From: Octopus vulgaris
Taxonomy: Eukaryota
Assembly: GCA_951406725.2 (NCBI GenBank)
Contig: OX597817.1
Location: 22,506,001-22,570,000 of the forward strand
Direction: 5' to 3'
DNA: 64,000 nucleotides
Position 1 is the stretch's first letter. Each line of letters opens with the position of its first letter. The translations under genes were made by a program, and so were the position numbers. This document shows positions 38,159 to 50,768 of this stretch, one piece after another. The notes under the pieces are model-generated. The model worked only from the letters and a program-made list of their open reading frames with translations. It was not told the DNA's origin and made no database searches.

Positions 38159-38325
38159 CACTCACTCACACACACAAACGATGGGTCCCATTCAGTTTCC
38201 GTTTCCTGAATCCAGTCATTAGGATTTGGTCCACTTGTGCCTCTAATAGAAAACACTTGTCCAAGATGCCACGCAGTGAGACCGAACGCTGAACAATGTA
38301 GCTAAGAAGCAAATTCTTACCACAC
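37920..38325 (-). mobile_element. Old SINE family B
   Basis: Colinear with the B consensus but strongly diverged. Confidence 0.75.
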
Positions 38326-38534
38326 AGTCTCTCTCTCGCTCTCTCTCTCTCACACACACTCTCTCGCTCTCTCTCTCTCACACACACTCTCTCTCTCATA
38401 CACAGAACCACACATAACCGCATATATAAATAGTCATATACATACTAATGCACACACATTTAAATATATACGTACATGTGTGTAAATGTATGTAGGTATT
38501 GTGTATACACATAAACATCTCTCTCTCTCTATGT

Positions 38535-38594
<60 letters not shown>

Positions 38595-38607
38595 TATATA
38601 CATATAA

Positions 38608-38645
<38 letters not shown>

Positions 38646-39297
38646 GTATATCTATGTATCACACACACTCTCACTTTCTCACTCTTCCTCTCTGTCTCTG
38701 TCTCAACACACACACACACATCCGCACACACACATATATATATATGGATAGAAATACATAATTATCCATATGTATAGACACACACCCAGATATATTAAGA
38801 AATGTATCTAAACAAAAACACAATATACAAGACAGTTAATAAAAAATAGTAAAATCAAAAAGAATACGTCACAAAATGAATGTTGTTGGAGATAAAAAGT
38901 CAATCAATCAAGCAAACAAACAAACAAACAAGGAAACATACAAAACCAATTTGAAATATTTGTGAAATGATGCAATAAAAAAGATGAGGCATCAATTATC
39001 TACAAACTAACTGTCAAAGAACAGAAATTTATCGATATTCTGAAAAGAAAGGTATATATTTTTTTGTCGTTTTTTTTTTCAATAAGTTTTCTTTGTAAAA
39101 ATTATCTTTGAGAAAAACAATTACAACAACAGCAACAAACAGTCATTTGAGCATCCATAATATATCAATCAGTGTAAGTGTCTTTAGAAATAAGAGTAAA
39201 TCTAACACGAAATGCACACACTGAAACAGTCATACTGACTTAACACATACAGACATACACAACCACGATCACATATACTCATTCACACATACAAACA

Positions 39298-39960
39298 ATG
39301 AGATGGTATCAGAAATTTGCTGGACCAGGCTTGAAAGAAATACACTAGTACGCCACGAAATGAAATGTTTGAAATATTATGTATACATGGGAAGATGCCC
39401 TCTAATAAATAATCCCCCTGTGAATAGTATATAACAATCCAGGTTCATTTTCTGCGCCTCAAGTGCTTTCGTTAACAGCCTTCCAATGTCTGTAGTTTAG
39501 TATAAATTTAATTTACTGTATCGGAGCAGAATTGCCTTAATTATGACATTTCGCTTTGACATTTCACTTTGAGAAACATGGCAAAATCTCAGAACACATA
39601 TCAAGACACCTCTATGTTTGATTGAGTGTCAGAAGAGGTATAAATTCATATCAACTCGATGCAGGTTGAACTTCTCCATGTGGAATATCTTGTAGACTTT
39701 ATAGCGGATGAATTGTTCGGTGACAGCAATGATGTATATGTTCACAATCCTTTTTCTATATTTTCTGGGGTTTTGCTGGTGATTGTTTGATTGAAATGAA
39801 TGCCCACCATCATGAATCAAAGTTCCACAAAATTTGAAACACGTACCATTTAAAATATTGTGTTTGACCTAAAGAATCTTTACTAAAAGCATATAATCTG
39901 TTGGTCAGTGTAGCAAGTCCGTGAAGCCTCATGCAAAATTTGATACCGGCTGGTTGTTTG
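39298..39960 (-). mobile_element. Degenerate mariner-like remnant
   Basis: TIR-like TGAGATGGTATCAGAAATTTGCTGGAC at 39299; minus-strand IKFCMRL (~39925-39945) resembles the mariner N-terminal IKFC..LG motif. Confidence 0.35.
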
Positions 39961-40940
39961 AAGTTTTCATATAACGTAAGCGTCGCGGCTTGCCAAAATA
40001 TTCCGTTCTACCAAAATATTAAAAAACGAATCTCTCCAAATATTTGCCACGATCAGGTTGTATAAGATCTATTTGAGAGGCGAATTAACAGAGTCATTCG
40101 AGCGTAGAACAAGGTGCATCGAGGATTTGTTCTAAATCTCTGAAAACTGAGTTCAAATCCTGCCTAAAATTTAATTTTTACCTTTTTTAGGTCCGATATG
40201 ACAATAACAGTCGAAAGTGCTGAACTGGCACAACGTTTGATCGGATGTCACGGAGATACATACACACGCACACACCCACGCACGCACACACTCACACACA
40301 CACACTTACAAACACAAACACTCACACACACACACAAACACAAACACTCACACACACACACACGCACACACATAGATAAAAGACATCGGACTGCCAACGA
40401 TAGCTAAACTGGTTGAAACTTCTAAGTCGCTATTGATAATATTCTTGTTTAAGAATAGTGAATATTTATATATTTATATATTGTCTTGGTTATAATTTTG
40501 GACAACATCCTGTAGTGCAGCTCTGGTACAGGAGTTCCAGGGTTTTGGAGAGTGTGGAATCACCCCTTAGGAACCAGTATTCTCAAGTGTACACTTACGC
40601 GATGGAGTAGTACCTCTCATGGTCTCAGTTATAGGTTAACTAGCATATAAGTCACAAGAAGATGTAGAAATACTCAGGTTGGTGTCCGAGGGAGCAGTGA
40701 GCCATCTGGGAGTGAAGGAACCCTGGTTTTTGTTAAGGCATCTCTCTATGAGAAGGCTAACTCGTATATAAAACCTGCTGATTTGGATATCCTGCACTTT
40801 GCTTGTCTGACATTTTGGTATTGTTTGTGAGAGCCATCGTGGTATTGTACAAGCTGCACTGGACTTAAAACACTTGCGCAAGGAGAGCTGACATTTAACT
40901 GTCACTAAATGGTTATGTTCTTCTAACTAGTAGACAACCA

Positions 40941-40977
<37 letters not shown>

Positions 40978-41899
40978 CGTGCGTGTACGTACGTGCGTGT
41001 GTGTGTGTATGTGTGTGTGCGTTTGTGTGTGTGTGTGTGTGTGTATAATATTATTGTTCTTTCTTAGGAAATATATAGAACTGCTAAAAAGAAGTGCTCG
41101 AATCGAACCCGAGACAAAAGATAAGAATTAAGAATCGTACGTTATCCTTAGATCATATAGTTTAAATACATTAAATAAATTCTCTAATGCGATTCACTCA
41201 TGTCGTCATAAATTCCATTCTACTTTCTTGAAAAATTATAGAACGAAACATATTGAATAATTAGGAAGCGCGCCTGCAACGTGAAACCTTTTAGCTCTTA
41301 GTACAGTGAAAATTTCATTGTGATGTATTTAGTCAGAATTAAGGCCCAATAGGTTAATGTACTTGTCCCACCATTCCATGCTCTCCACCCATTTGTATAC
41401 GTAAAGAGAACAAAAAAAAAAATTCTTTTATATATATATCTATCATTCTGTAAGAATCAGAATCAAAAGTATCAAGAGTGTAATTTTATGAGGATACCTT
41501 TTACTGATGAAGGTGACGTTGTCCACATGGTTTGAAAAATTTAATAATTTTTCTACCAAGACTTGAGCTCTAGAAACGGCCGTTGAAAGTGAACCTCCTC
41601 GAACTGTATTATATACCTTATATGCCATATATATTTAAAAAACACACACACCGAATTCTATGGATCTTTTAATCAAAACCCTTAACCGCTCTTAATCTCA
41701 GTACAAAAAATTTATTTCGACCCTCTTTTTATCAGTCCTCTTTTTCTCACATTTCCTTCCATACGTATCCCACATGGGTTTTATTTACATGTATTTTATG
41801 TATATTTATATATATATTTCTTTACTACCCACAAGGAGCTAAACACAGAGGGGACACACAAGGACAGACAAACGGAATTTTATGTATATTTATATAGTT

Positions 41900-42122
41900 A
41901 CTCTTTACTCTTTTACTCTTTTACTTGTTTCAGTCATTTGACTGCGGCCATACTGGAGCACCGCCTTTAGTCGAGCAAATCGACCCCGGGACTTATTCTT
42001 TTTGTAAGCCCAGTACTTATTCTATCGGTCTCTTTTGCCGAACCGCTAAGTGACGGGGACGTAAACACACCAGCATCGGTTGTCAAGCAATGCTATGGGG
42101 ACAAACACACACACACACACAA

Positions 42123-42160
<38 letters not shown>

Positions 42161-42329
42161 ATATATACGACAGGCTTCTTTCAGGTCCGTCTACCAAATC
42201 CACTCACAAGGCATTGGTCGGCCCGGGGCTATAGCAGAAGACACATGCCCAAGATTCCACGCAGTGGGACTGAACCCGGAACCATGTGGTCGGTTGGCAA
42301 GCTACTTACCACACAGCCACTCCTGCACC
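41900..42329 (-). mobile_element. SINE family B
   Basis: Full-length consensus match. Confidence 0.93.
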
Positions 42330-42472
42330 TATTAAGTATATTTTATTAATATTTTTTTTAATATTCATAGGTATCGATATGTATCAGTATATGTATACGC
42401 ATTTTAAGTGGAATTTATAAATGTATGAGTATGAATGCTTAATTTGAGTTTATATCTTAATTCTATATATAT

Positions 42473-42757
42473 ATGGGTAACAATGTCTTCATTTCAAGGA
42501 TATCTCTCATCTCAAATTATTTCCCCTTTCACTTCAAGAGACGGCAGTTTTCTGTCAAACTTGGCTTTGCGATCTCTATCAACAAAGCTCAAGGCCAATC
42601 TCTAAAGGTGGTGGGACTTAATCTCCTTCAACTTTGCTTCTCACATGGTCAGTTGTATGTCGGATGTTCTAGAATTGGAGATGAAAAGAACCTTTATATT
42701 TTCAGTGAGGAACATGGCAAGATATTAAACATAGTATATGAAGAAGAACTTACATGA
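42473..42757 (+). pseudogene. Helitron PIF1-family helicase C-terminal fragment
   Basis: FKRRQFSVKLGFAISINKAQGQSLKVVGLNL...CFSHGQLYVGCSR...NIVYEE matches helicase motifs V/VI of Helitron RepHel (RRQFP...AMTINKSQGQ...FSHGQLYVA.SRV...NVVY.E). Confidence 0.9.
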
Positions 42758-42860
42758 ATAGTAGGTTCATGTCATATACAGAAGTGTAAATCTATTCAGT
42801 ATTAAAGTATCACGCTTTCATTTTTGGACTGATAGGCGTGAATGTATATCTGCGTGTATA

Positions 42861-43298
42861 GGCGCAGGAGTGGCTGTGTGGTAAGTAGCTTGCTAACCAA
42901 CCACATGGCTCCGGGTTCAGTCCCACTGCGTGGCATCTTGGGCAAGTGTCTTCTGCTATAGCCCCGGGCCGACCAATGCCTTGTGAGTGGATTTGGTGGA
43001 CGGAAACTGAAAGAAGCCTGCCGTATATATGTATATATATATATATATATATGTGTGTGTATATGTTTGTGTGTCTGTGTTAATCCCCCTAGCATTGCTT
43101 GACAACCGATGCTGGTGTGTTTACGTCCCCGTAACTTAGCGGTTCGGCAAAAGAGACCGATAGAATAAGTACTGGGCTTACAAAGAATAAGTCCCGGGGT
43201 CGATTTGCTCGTCTAAAGGCGGTGCTCCAGCATGGCCGCAGTCAAATGACTGAAACAATTAAAAGAGTAAAAGAGTAAAGAGTAAGTGAAAGAGTAAA
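42861..43298 (+). mobile_element. SINE family B
   Basis: Full-length consensus match. Confidence 0.93.
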
Positions 43299-43481
43299 GT
43301 GATATATTCGCTGTCTGTTTGTGTGTGTGTGTGTACCCGACGCACGGCCTTTCATTGTTTATAATCTGTACTTGTTTTTTGGGTTACGAGATAAGTTACA
43401 CAAACGTGTATTTACTTTCTATACATATATAAGTTGAAAACTTTCTTTCCACGTTTCACTTAACGTCTATGTTCCATGTTG

Positions 43482-43760
43482 GCATGGGTTGCAGAGTTAC
43501 ATAGAAATTTGGTATCTCAGCTACTAGCAGTTGAGACCTGCGTAATCTAGACGGCGTTTAAAAATTTCATTATTTTCTTCGACCCTGGCAACGCCGGGTA
43601 TTTCTACTAATTAATATATATATATGGGTTGCATGGGTTGCAGAATTACATAGACATTTGGTATCTCAACTACTAGCAGTTGAGACCTGCGTAATCTAGA
43701 CGGCGTTTAAAAATTTCATTATTTTCTTTAACCCGGGCAACGCCGGGTATTTCTACCAAT
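43482..43760 (+). mobile_element. Tandemly duplicated Helitron 3' terminus
   Basis: Two near-identical ~128-bp units with 149-bp period, each ending in the hairpin CCC(T/G)GGCAACGCCGGG followed ~9 nt later by CTAA|T or CCAA|T (CTRR-like). Confidence 0.75.
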
Positions 43761-43762
43761 TA

Positions 43763-43813
<51 letters not shown>

Positions 43814-44314
43814 TATTTTAAATCATTTTAATGATGATGACTTTGAATTGTCCACCTCCACCTCTGATTGAGGTCATGAGACAGGAACCTTCTAGGTGGC
43901 CTGATAGTACCAACAACTGGTAAACATTTGAAGTCACTATCAATATAAATATTGAAAATATCTGTCGCTACAATTGTAGTGAGTTCTTTTAATTAGTTAT
44001 TGATTTTATGCATAAAAAAGAGAAAAAAACTTTTCGATTTATATGCATATATATATCTAGACGTACATGTGTATATATGCATGTGTACGTGTGTGTATGT
44101 AAATATATGTGTATATATATGTGTAAATATATATAGATATGTACCTAGATTTACATACGTATATATACATGTGTACGTGTGTGTTGTTGTGTGTGTTTGT
44201 ATAGACAATTGTAAACATATATGTATATATAGATAAATATGTATACATATGTATGTATATATATGTGTGTGTTAGTGTGTGTGTGTGAGTCTCTCAACCC
44301 TCTCTCTATCTCTC

Positions 44315-44356
<42 letters not shown>

Positions 44357-45103
44357 GATATATGTATATATGAATATGCATATGCGCATACAAAGACACA
44401 GCCAAAAATACACAGCCACACACAGACACGCACACACACACGTACAAATACACACATATGTACAACTAATGCGAAATATCGAAAATGAAATGAAAAGAAA
44501 TCAGCAAAGATACATGTGCTATTCATTCGATATCATTAATAATATTGGCGCTGAAAGAAGACTGGAAGGAGTATAACTTTTCGGATATAACGCCCCTTTA
44601 GAATTAAGAGGAGATGTTTTACGTCGAAAAGAACACACCTAGGTAGAGAGTGCAAAATGAATCGGTGCATGTCTACGACCAATATATATATATATATATA
44701 TATTAAATAACTTATATACCATTTGTATTAAAAAACACACACACCGAATTCTATGGATCTTTTAATCATAACCCTTAACCGCTCTTAATTTCAGTACAAA
44801 AAATTATTTCCTCCCTCTTTTTATCAGTATGCATATATATATATATTATTGTTCTTTCTCACGATATATATATATATATAATTCTTTTTTAGGTCCGATA
44901 TGACATTAACAGTCGAAGGTACTGATCTGGCACAACCATTGATCGGGTGTCTTGGAGATACACGCACACGCACACCCCCACACATCCACACACACTTACA
45001 CACACACTCACACACACATATATAATATTAGAGAGTATAACTCCAAACTTACAGGTGAAAATTCAATTTAGTATTTAATTTCACAATATAAATATATAAC
45101 ATA

Positions 45104-45143
<40 letters not shown>

Positions 45144-45721
45144 GTGAAATAGAAAGATGAATAATCTTGTAGTAGATTAATCAAAAGTATATATATACTT
45201 AGAGGTTAGAGTGTTGCACTCACGATAGCGTGATCGTGGGTTCGATTTCCAGACCGAGCGTTGCGTTGTGTTTTTGAGCAAAGTGCTTCATTGCACGTCG
45301 CTCTGCGATCATTTCGTCATCTGACATTTGTCACACACTGCATCTGTACAAATAATGTCGATTTGATGGGGTGAATGAGCTTATGTGTATACAAACATTT
45401 AATCACTATAAACAAATCATCTGTGAGGTTGTTCAGCAAGAAATTGCCGGACCCTCATATGTCGTCTAATGACGGGTGAGTTGTTCATGTTATATATATA
45501 TATATGGACAATTCTATATAATTAAGAAGTTCTCATTGTAACCAAGTGGATTCGGGTTCAGTCCAACTGTTCCTCACTTCGGACAAATATATAACACTGT
45601 ACCCCGTTCTGGCCAATATCTTGTGAGTGTATTTGGTTGACAGAAACTTGTGGAAGTTTGTAGTAGATGTGTATGTATTTATATGTGTTTTCTAGTTTGT
45701 ATCTTTGTACTTTTATATCTG

Positions 45722-45950
45722 TTTCTTTATTGCCCACAAGGGGCTAAACATAGAGGGGAAAAACAATGACAGACAAACGGATTAAGTTGATTACATCGAC
45801 CCAAGATCATAACTGGTACTTTATTTATCGACCCCGAAAGAATGAAAGGCAAAGTCGACCGTGGCGGAATTTGAACTCAGAACGTAACGGCAGACGAAAT
45901 ACGGTTACGTATTTCACCCGGCGTGCTAACGGTTCTGCCAACTCGCCGCC
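45722..45950 (-). mobile_element. SINE family A
   Basis: Consensus match; nested in an older SINE-B remnant. Confidence 0.9.
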
Positions 45951-46187
45951 TTTTTTCTTAAAAGTCGGATGAAAAACAGCATGACATTGTCCGATGTCCT
46001 AACGATTCTGCCAACTTGCTAACTTGTATCTTTGTACTTTTATATCTCATCACTTGGCAACCGAGGGAAAAAGTATCAGGAAAGCATGAGTAATGTATGT
46101 AGTTTGATCGATTAACACTTCAAGAAACCCCAACGTGGTTGGAGTCTCGTAAGTCAAAGGAATAAAGTTATATAAAATATATATATT

Positions 46188-46414
46188 TGTTTACTACCCA
46201 CAAGGGGCTAAACATAGAGGGGACAAACAAGGACAGACAAAGGAATTAAGTCGATTACATCGACCCCAGTGCGAAACTGGTACTTAATTTATCGACCCCG
46301 AAAGGATGAAAGGCAAAGTCGACCTCGGCGGAATTTGAACTCAGAGCGTAACGGCAGACGAAATACGGCTACGCATTTCTCCCGGTGTGCTAACGTGTCT
46401 GCCAGCTCGCCGCC
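46188..46414 (-). mobile_element. SINE family A
   Basis: Consensus match; TSD TATAAAATATATA. Confidence 0.92.
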
Positions 46415-46800
46415 TTTTTTTTTTTTATAAAATATATACGAGCACATACATATTCGCATTCGTACGTGTATACTTTCAAAAACACTTGTACATATTACAA
46501 CACTGCTTTATTTCTATCTTTTCCTCTATATTCTTCTTTCTCTGACAATATCTCTGCATCAGGCATATGTCTGCAATGACTGAATTTCTATCATGGGTCC
46601 TCAGTTTACCACCAAACTTTGAATACATTTGAATTGTTTTTGTTACACGTGTAATACACACTTGTCAAGAGTCAATCTAGCAGCAGCTCTGCATTTGTAC
46701 ATTCGTTCAAAACAGATCTTTAATCGAGTAGCACATTTGGATATAAGGACAACAATATAAGCACTCTGCTAATAATGTTTGAACTGAATGCCTATAAGTT

Positions 46801-47030
46801 ATTTCTTTACTACCCACAAGGGGCTAAACACAGAGAGGACAAACAAGGACAGACAAACGGATTAAGTCGATTATAGCGACCCCAGTGCGTAACTGGTACT
46901 TATTTAATCGACCCCGAAAAGATGAAAGGCAAAGTCGACTTCGGCGGAATTTGAACTCAGAACGTAGCGGCAGACGAAATACCGCTAAGCATTTCGCCCG
47001 GCGTGCTAACTTTTCTGCCAGCTCGGAGCC
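46801..47030 (-). mobile_element. SINE family A
   Basis: Consensus match. Confidence 0.92.
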
Positions 47031-48207
47031 TTAAATGCATGTAAGCTAACTGTGTTAGTCTCCTGATCTATGATATTTCATGATGACATGTGTGGCTTTC
47101 GATAGTATAATGCAGTAGTTAAGTATTATGTTTCGCTAATTGGTGGGCAATTACAATTTTCTGAAACTGAAGGCTATTTTTCTTCGTAATAGATCGTCTT
47201 TCGCTTCTCTTAACTGAATGAAGTTCCCAATGAATAGTGCTGATTTCTAGAATTTATAGTTGCTTTTGTTTTCTGATGACACAAAATCTATTGGTTTATC
47301 CTGGGGTTGCTTACTAATATATCGTAAGAGTTATCTACAGGAGCCTGGAACCGTCATAATAGATGATATGACTAAACATAAGTTATCTTGGCGAGCTTCC
47401 ATACTAAGACAAACTGATTTTTCAACACTTCTGTGTTAGGTGGAAAAGATTTCCATTTGTTTAATATACATCTTAGAGACACATCTTCGAAATCATTCAA
47501 GTAATCTGATAGTGTCCTCACAAGTTTCCTATCTCAAATATGTATCGTTGGTATGTGAGGACACAAACCACATAGATGTAAAGCTGACTTAACGGTTTCA
47601 TGTTCCTGCCTTACCGTCCTCTTTTTCCGTATCCCAAAACGTAAGTGAAACCTTCTTAATCTTCAATTTCCGCCCCTAAGACTGCGGATCCAATCAGGGA
47701 AACATAACTGCCAAGATATACAAAACAACCCATACAGATCAAGTCCAGTCCTTCAGACAAGTATATTGCATTCTACATTAGCATCTTCTGAAACAGGTGC
47801 ATACTTTATTTTTGACCTTTTCATGTTTTAAGTAAGTGCAGCAGTTTTACGGGTACTGAAGAAGCAGATCATAAGATTTTGAAGCGCTTGTTCCAGGTAA
47901 CATGCGAACAACATCGTTAGCATACAATGTCACAAAGAAAAGATTTAAATGTCTTTGATCTTGCTTTGAAAGGATTCGAAAAAAACAATTTACCTGTTGC
48001 ACGATAGTGAACTAAGAAACCTTGATCTCAGTCCTATAAGCAACCACAAGTACAATGTATACAATAAGCAGTGTATACATACATATACATACACACACAT
48101 TCACATATATACATGTATATATACATATACATACATATGTATATATATATATGTATGTACACACACACACATATATATAAACTGGCAATATGACCATTCC
48201 GAAATAT

Positions 48208-48247
<40 letters not shown>

Positions 48248-48315
48248 ACAAGAGCTACGAAAGGGAGAAGGAAAAATGCGAAAGAGAGTAGGAAAAAAGC
48301 GGGTTTTATAGCGTA

Positions 48316-48536
48316 TGGAACCTTAGAAGTAGTAAAATTCAAGCGAGGTCTATACCGACGGCTACTCTTCAGGCCAAGGTTATCAGGATTAGATTAAAGG
48401 CTACATTGTCGCAAGGAGGTGCTAACGTGTACCTCCTTGCGACAATGTAGCCTTTTAATCTAATCAAGATATCCTTGGCCTGAAGAGTAACCGGCTGTAT
48501 AGACCTCACTTGAATTTTACCACGTCTGAGGTTCCA
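48316..48536. repeat. Long inverted repeat (foldback), ~105-bp arms, 10-nt spacer
   Basis: 48316-48420 is the reverse complement of 48431-48536, with about 10 mismatches and 1 indel by manual alignment. Confidence 0.95.
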
Positions 48537-49330
48537 GTTGCTATGAAACATATGTAGCCCAGATTTGTCCTATTCCATGCTATGATTCTTGTATTCTTTT
48601 CGCACACTCGACACCCACGGTCGCCTAGCGTGGAACATAAAAAGAACTGTTTTCTGCCCATCGTTCTTCGATAAAAAAAAAAATAATCCGAAGCCTTCAG
48701 TCTTGATAAACCACTATTCATCCTAAAAGTTATTTTTAAAAATATTTATGCCTGAATTTTAAATCTGCTGGAGTTAAGGTACTTAAAGCCCAATGACATT
48801 CACTGAGGTATATATATGTTCATAACCTTCTTCTTGTCCCCAGACAAACAAATTGTCTTTTCTTTAATGGCATGTAAATTTCGGAGAATTTATGATTCTT
48901 GAGATCCTCTCTGTTTCTCATTTGGAATTGGTTGCAAATGCTAAGTGAATTAAAAAAAAAAGTTTTCACTGGAAATGAAGACATTTTCAGTAAATCGCGA
49001 ATTCCTTTTATATGGCATTGAGTTCAATTTTATTCAATACTCACGTGCACACACATACACGCACATATACATGCGTATATATCTATATACATATATAAAG
49101 TATATACATACACACACACACACATATATATATATACACACATACATGCGCATATATAAATATGTATATGGAAATATATAAGCATATACATTAATATGTA
49201 TTTATAGAGATATTAGTCTGTATATATGTATGTACGTGGGAGGGAGAGAGAATGAGTGTCTGTGTGCATGTATGCGCCTACGTGTGTAAATGTATATCAC
49301 ACACATGCATAAAAGTGACTATATATATAT

Positions 49331-49370
<40 letters not shown>

Positions 49371-50272
49371 GTATATATATGTATGTATGTACATATGTAC
49401 AATCAATACTAAAATAAAATACGAAACACTCCTTCATCATTGGCATTGCCAGTTTTGCTCAGAACTCTGTTGGTGGCGGTTTTGTCAATGTACCAAACAC
49501 GCGAGTGTAGATGAAAACTGAACGAAACATAATGAAATGGGGATAATGTCTAGAGAAAGGTATAGTGTGGAGACGGTGTCAGAGGTATCGTAATAATTAT
49601 TAGCGTTGTTGTTAATATTTTGTTTAATATACAAGAACCAAGAAACGCGAAGTCAAAGGACGCGCCTCCAATTCTTAAATATTTTTGTATTTACATCAAA
49701 GCGAAATATATAATAGATTTTAGGTCGTATATCACTATTTGTCTGGTACCAAAGTTAGAAATTCTTATCATTAATAATAATATTTTTTGTTTTCATTCTC
49801 TAAGTACATTTTCTATTGTAGAAATATTGAATATATATGATTATGTGAATGATGATGATGATATAATAAGAATAGGCAAGATGTTATATTACGTGTTTAT
49901 GAGGATGAGAGTAACTAGAACTTTAATCTAAATTTATGATATGACTTGTCTTCAAAATTTTATTTATTAACCAGTTAACACGTTTTCTAGAGATTCATAA
50001 AGTGGAAGATACAAAAGAAATATCTAGAATAGCTGCAAGGACATAAAAATGTAAAATAACTAACCTCACCTGCAATAATATTGGATTTTATAAATTTGGC
50101 ATAAATCATTGCTTCTGTGGTGAGAGAGATGGAGAGCAAAGTTATGAAGAATTCTCTGGCGACACCTGGAAGATGGAAGTTAAGGTAGACGTCGTAGAGA
50201 TTTGAACTAAGAAATGTGAAGAAACAAAATCAGCACAAGAAACATTTGGTTCGTTTCCTTGTCATTTGGGTA

Positions 50273-50417
50273 ATAATAATAATGTCGACAGCAGCAAGAG
50301 TAGCAGAAACAGCAGCAGCACTACCACCACCACTACCACCACCACCACCACCACCACCACCACCACCACCACCACCACCAACAGCAACAGCAACAACAAC
50401 AACAGCAGCAGCAACAA

Positions 50418-50448
<31 letters not shown>

Positions 50449-50495
50449 AACAACAACAACAACACCACCACCACCAACATCAACAATAGTAACAA
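50273..50495. repeat. Compound trinucleotide repeat (AGC)/(ACC)/(AAC)
   Basis: Direct observation. Confidence 0.95.
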
Positions 50496-50538
50496 ATAGT
50501 GCAGAAATCTGAAAAGAAACAACTATGTAAAAAATATA

Positions 50539-50768
50539 GGCGGCGAGCTAGCAGAAACGTTAGCGCGCCGGGCGAAATGCTTAGCGGTATTTCGTCTGTC
50601 GTTACGTTCTGAGTTCAAATTCCGCCGAGGTCGACTTTGCCTTTCATCCTCTCGGGGTCGATAAATAAAGTACCAATTTCGCACTGGGTCGATGTAATCG
50701 CCTTAATCCTTTTGTCTGTCCTTGTTTGTCCCCTCTATGTTTAGCCCCTTGTGGGTAGTAAAGAAATA
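50539..50768 (+). mobile_element. SINE family A
   Basis: Consensus match; TSD TATGTAAAAA. Confidence 0.92.

Noticed and set aside
41503-41540. CTGATGAAGG...TGAAA
   Set aside because: Stems II and III cannot be drawn in hammerhead geometry.
47100-47990. Fragments such as PGTVIIDD suggesting a DDE transposase, and a GTAAGT donor at 47641
   Set aside because: Single short motifs without supporting order or termini.
50216-50512. ORF with hydrophobic start and poly-Pro/Thr (mucin-like)
   Set aside because: GTG start, almost entirely trinucleotide repeat, no splice or promoter support.
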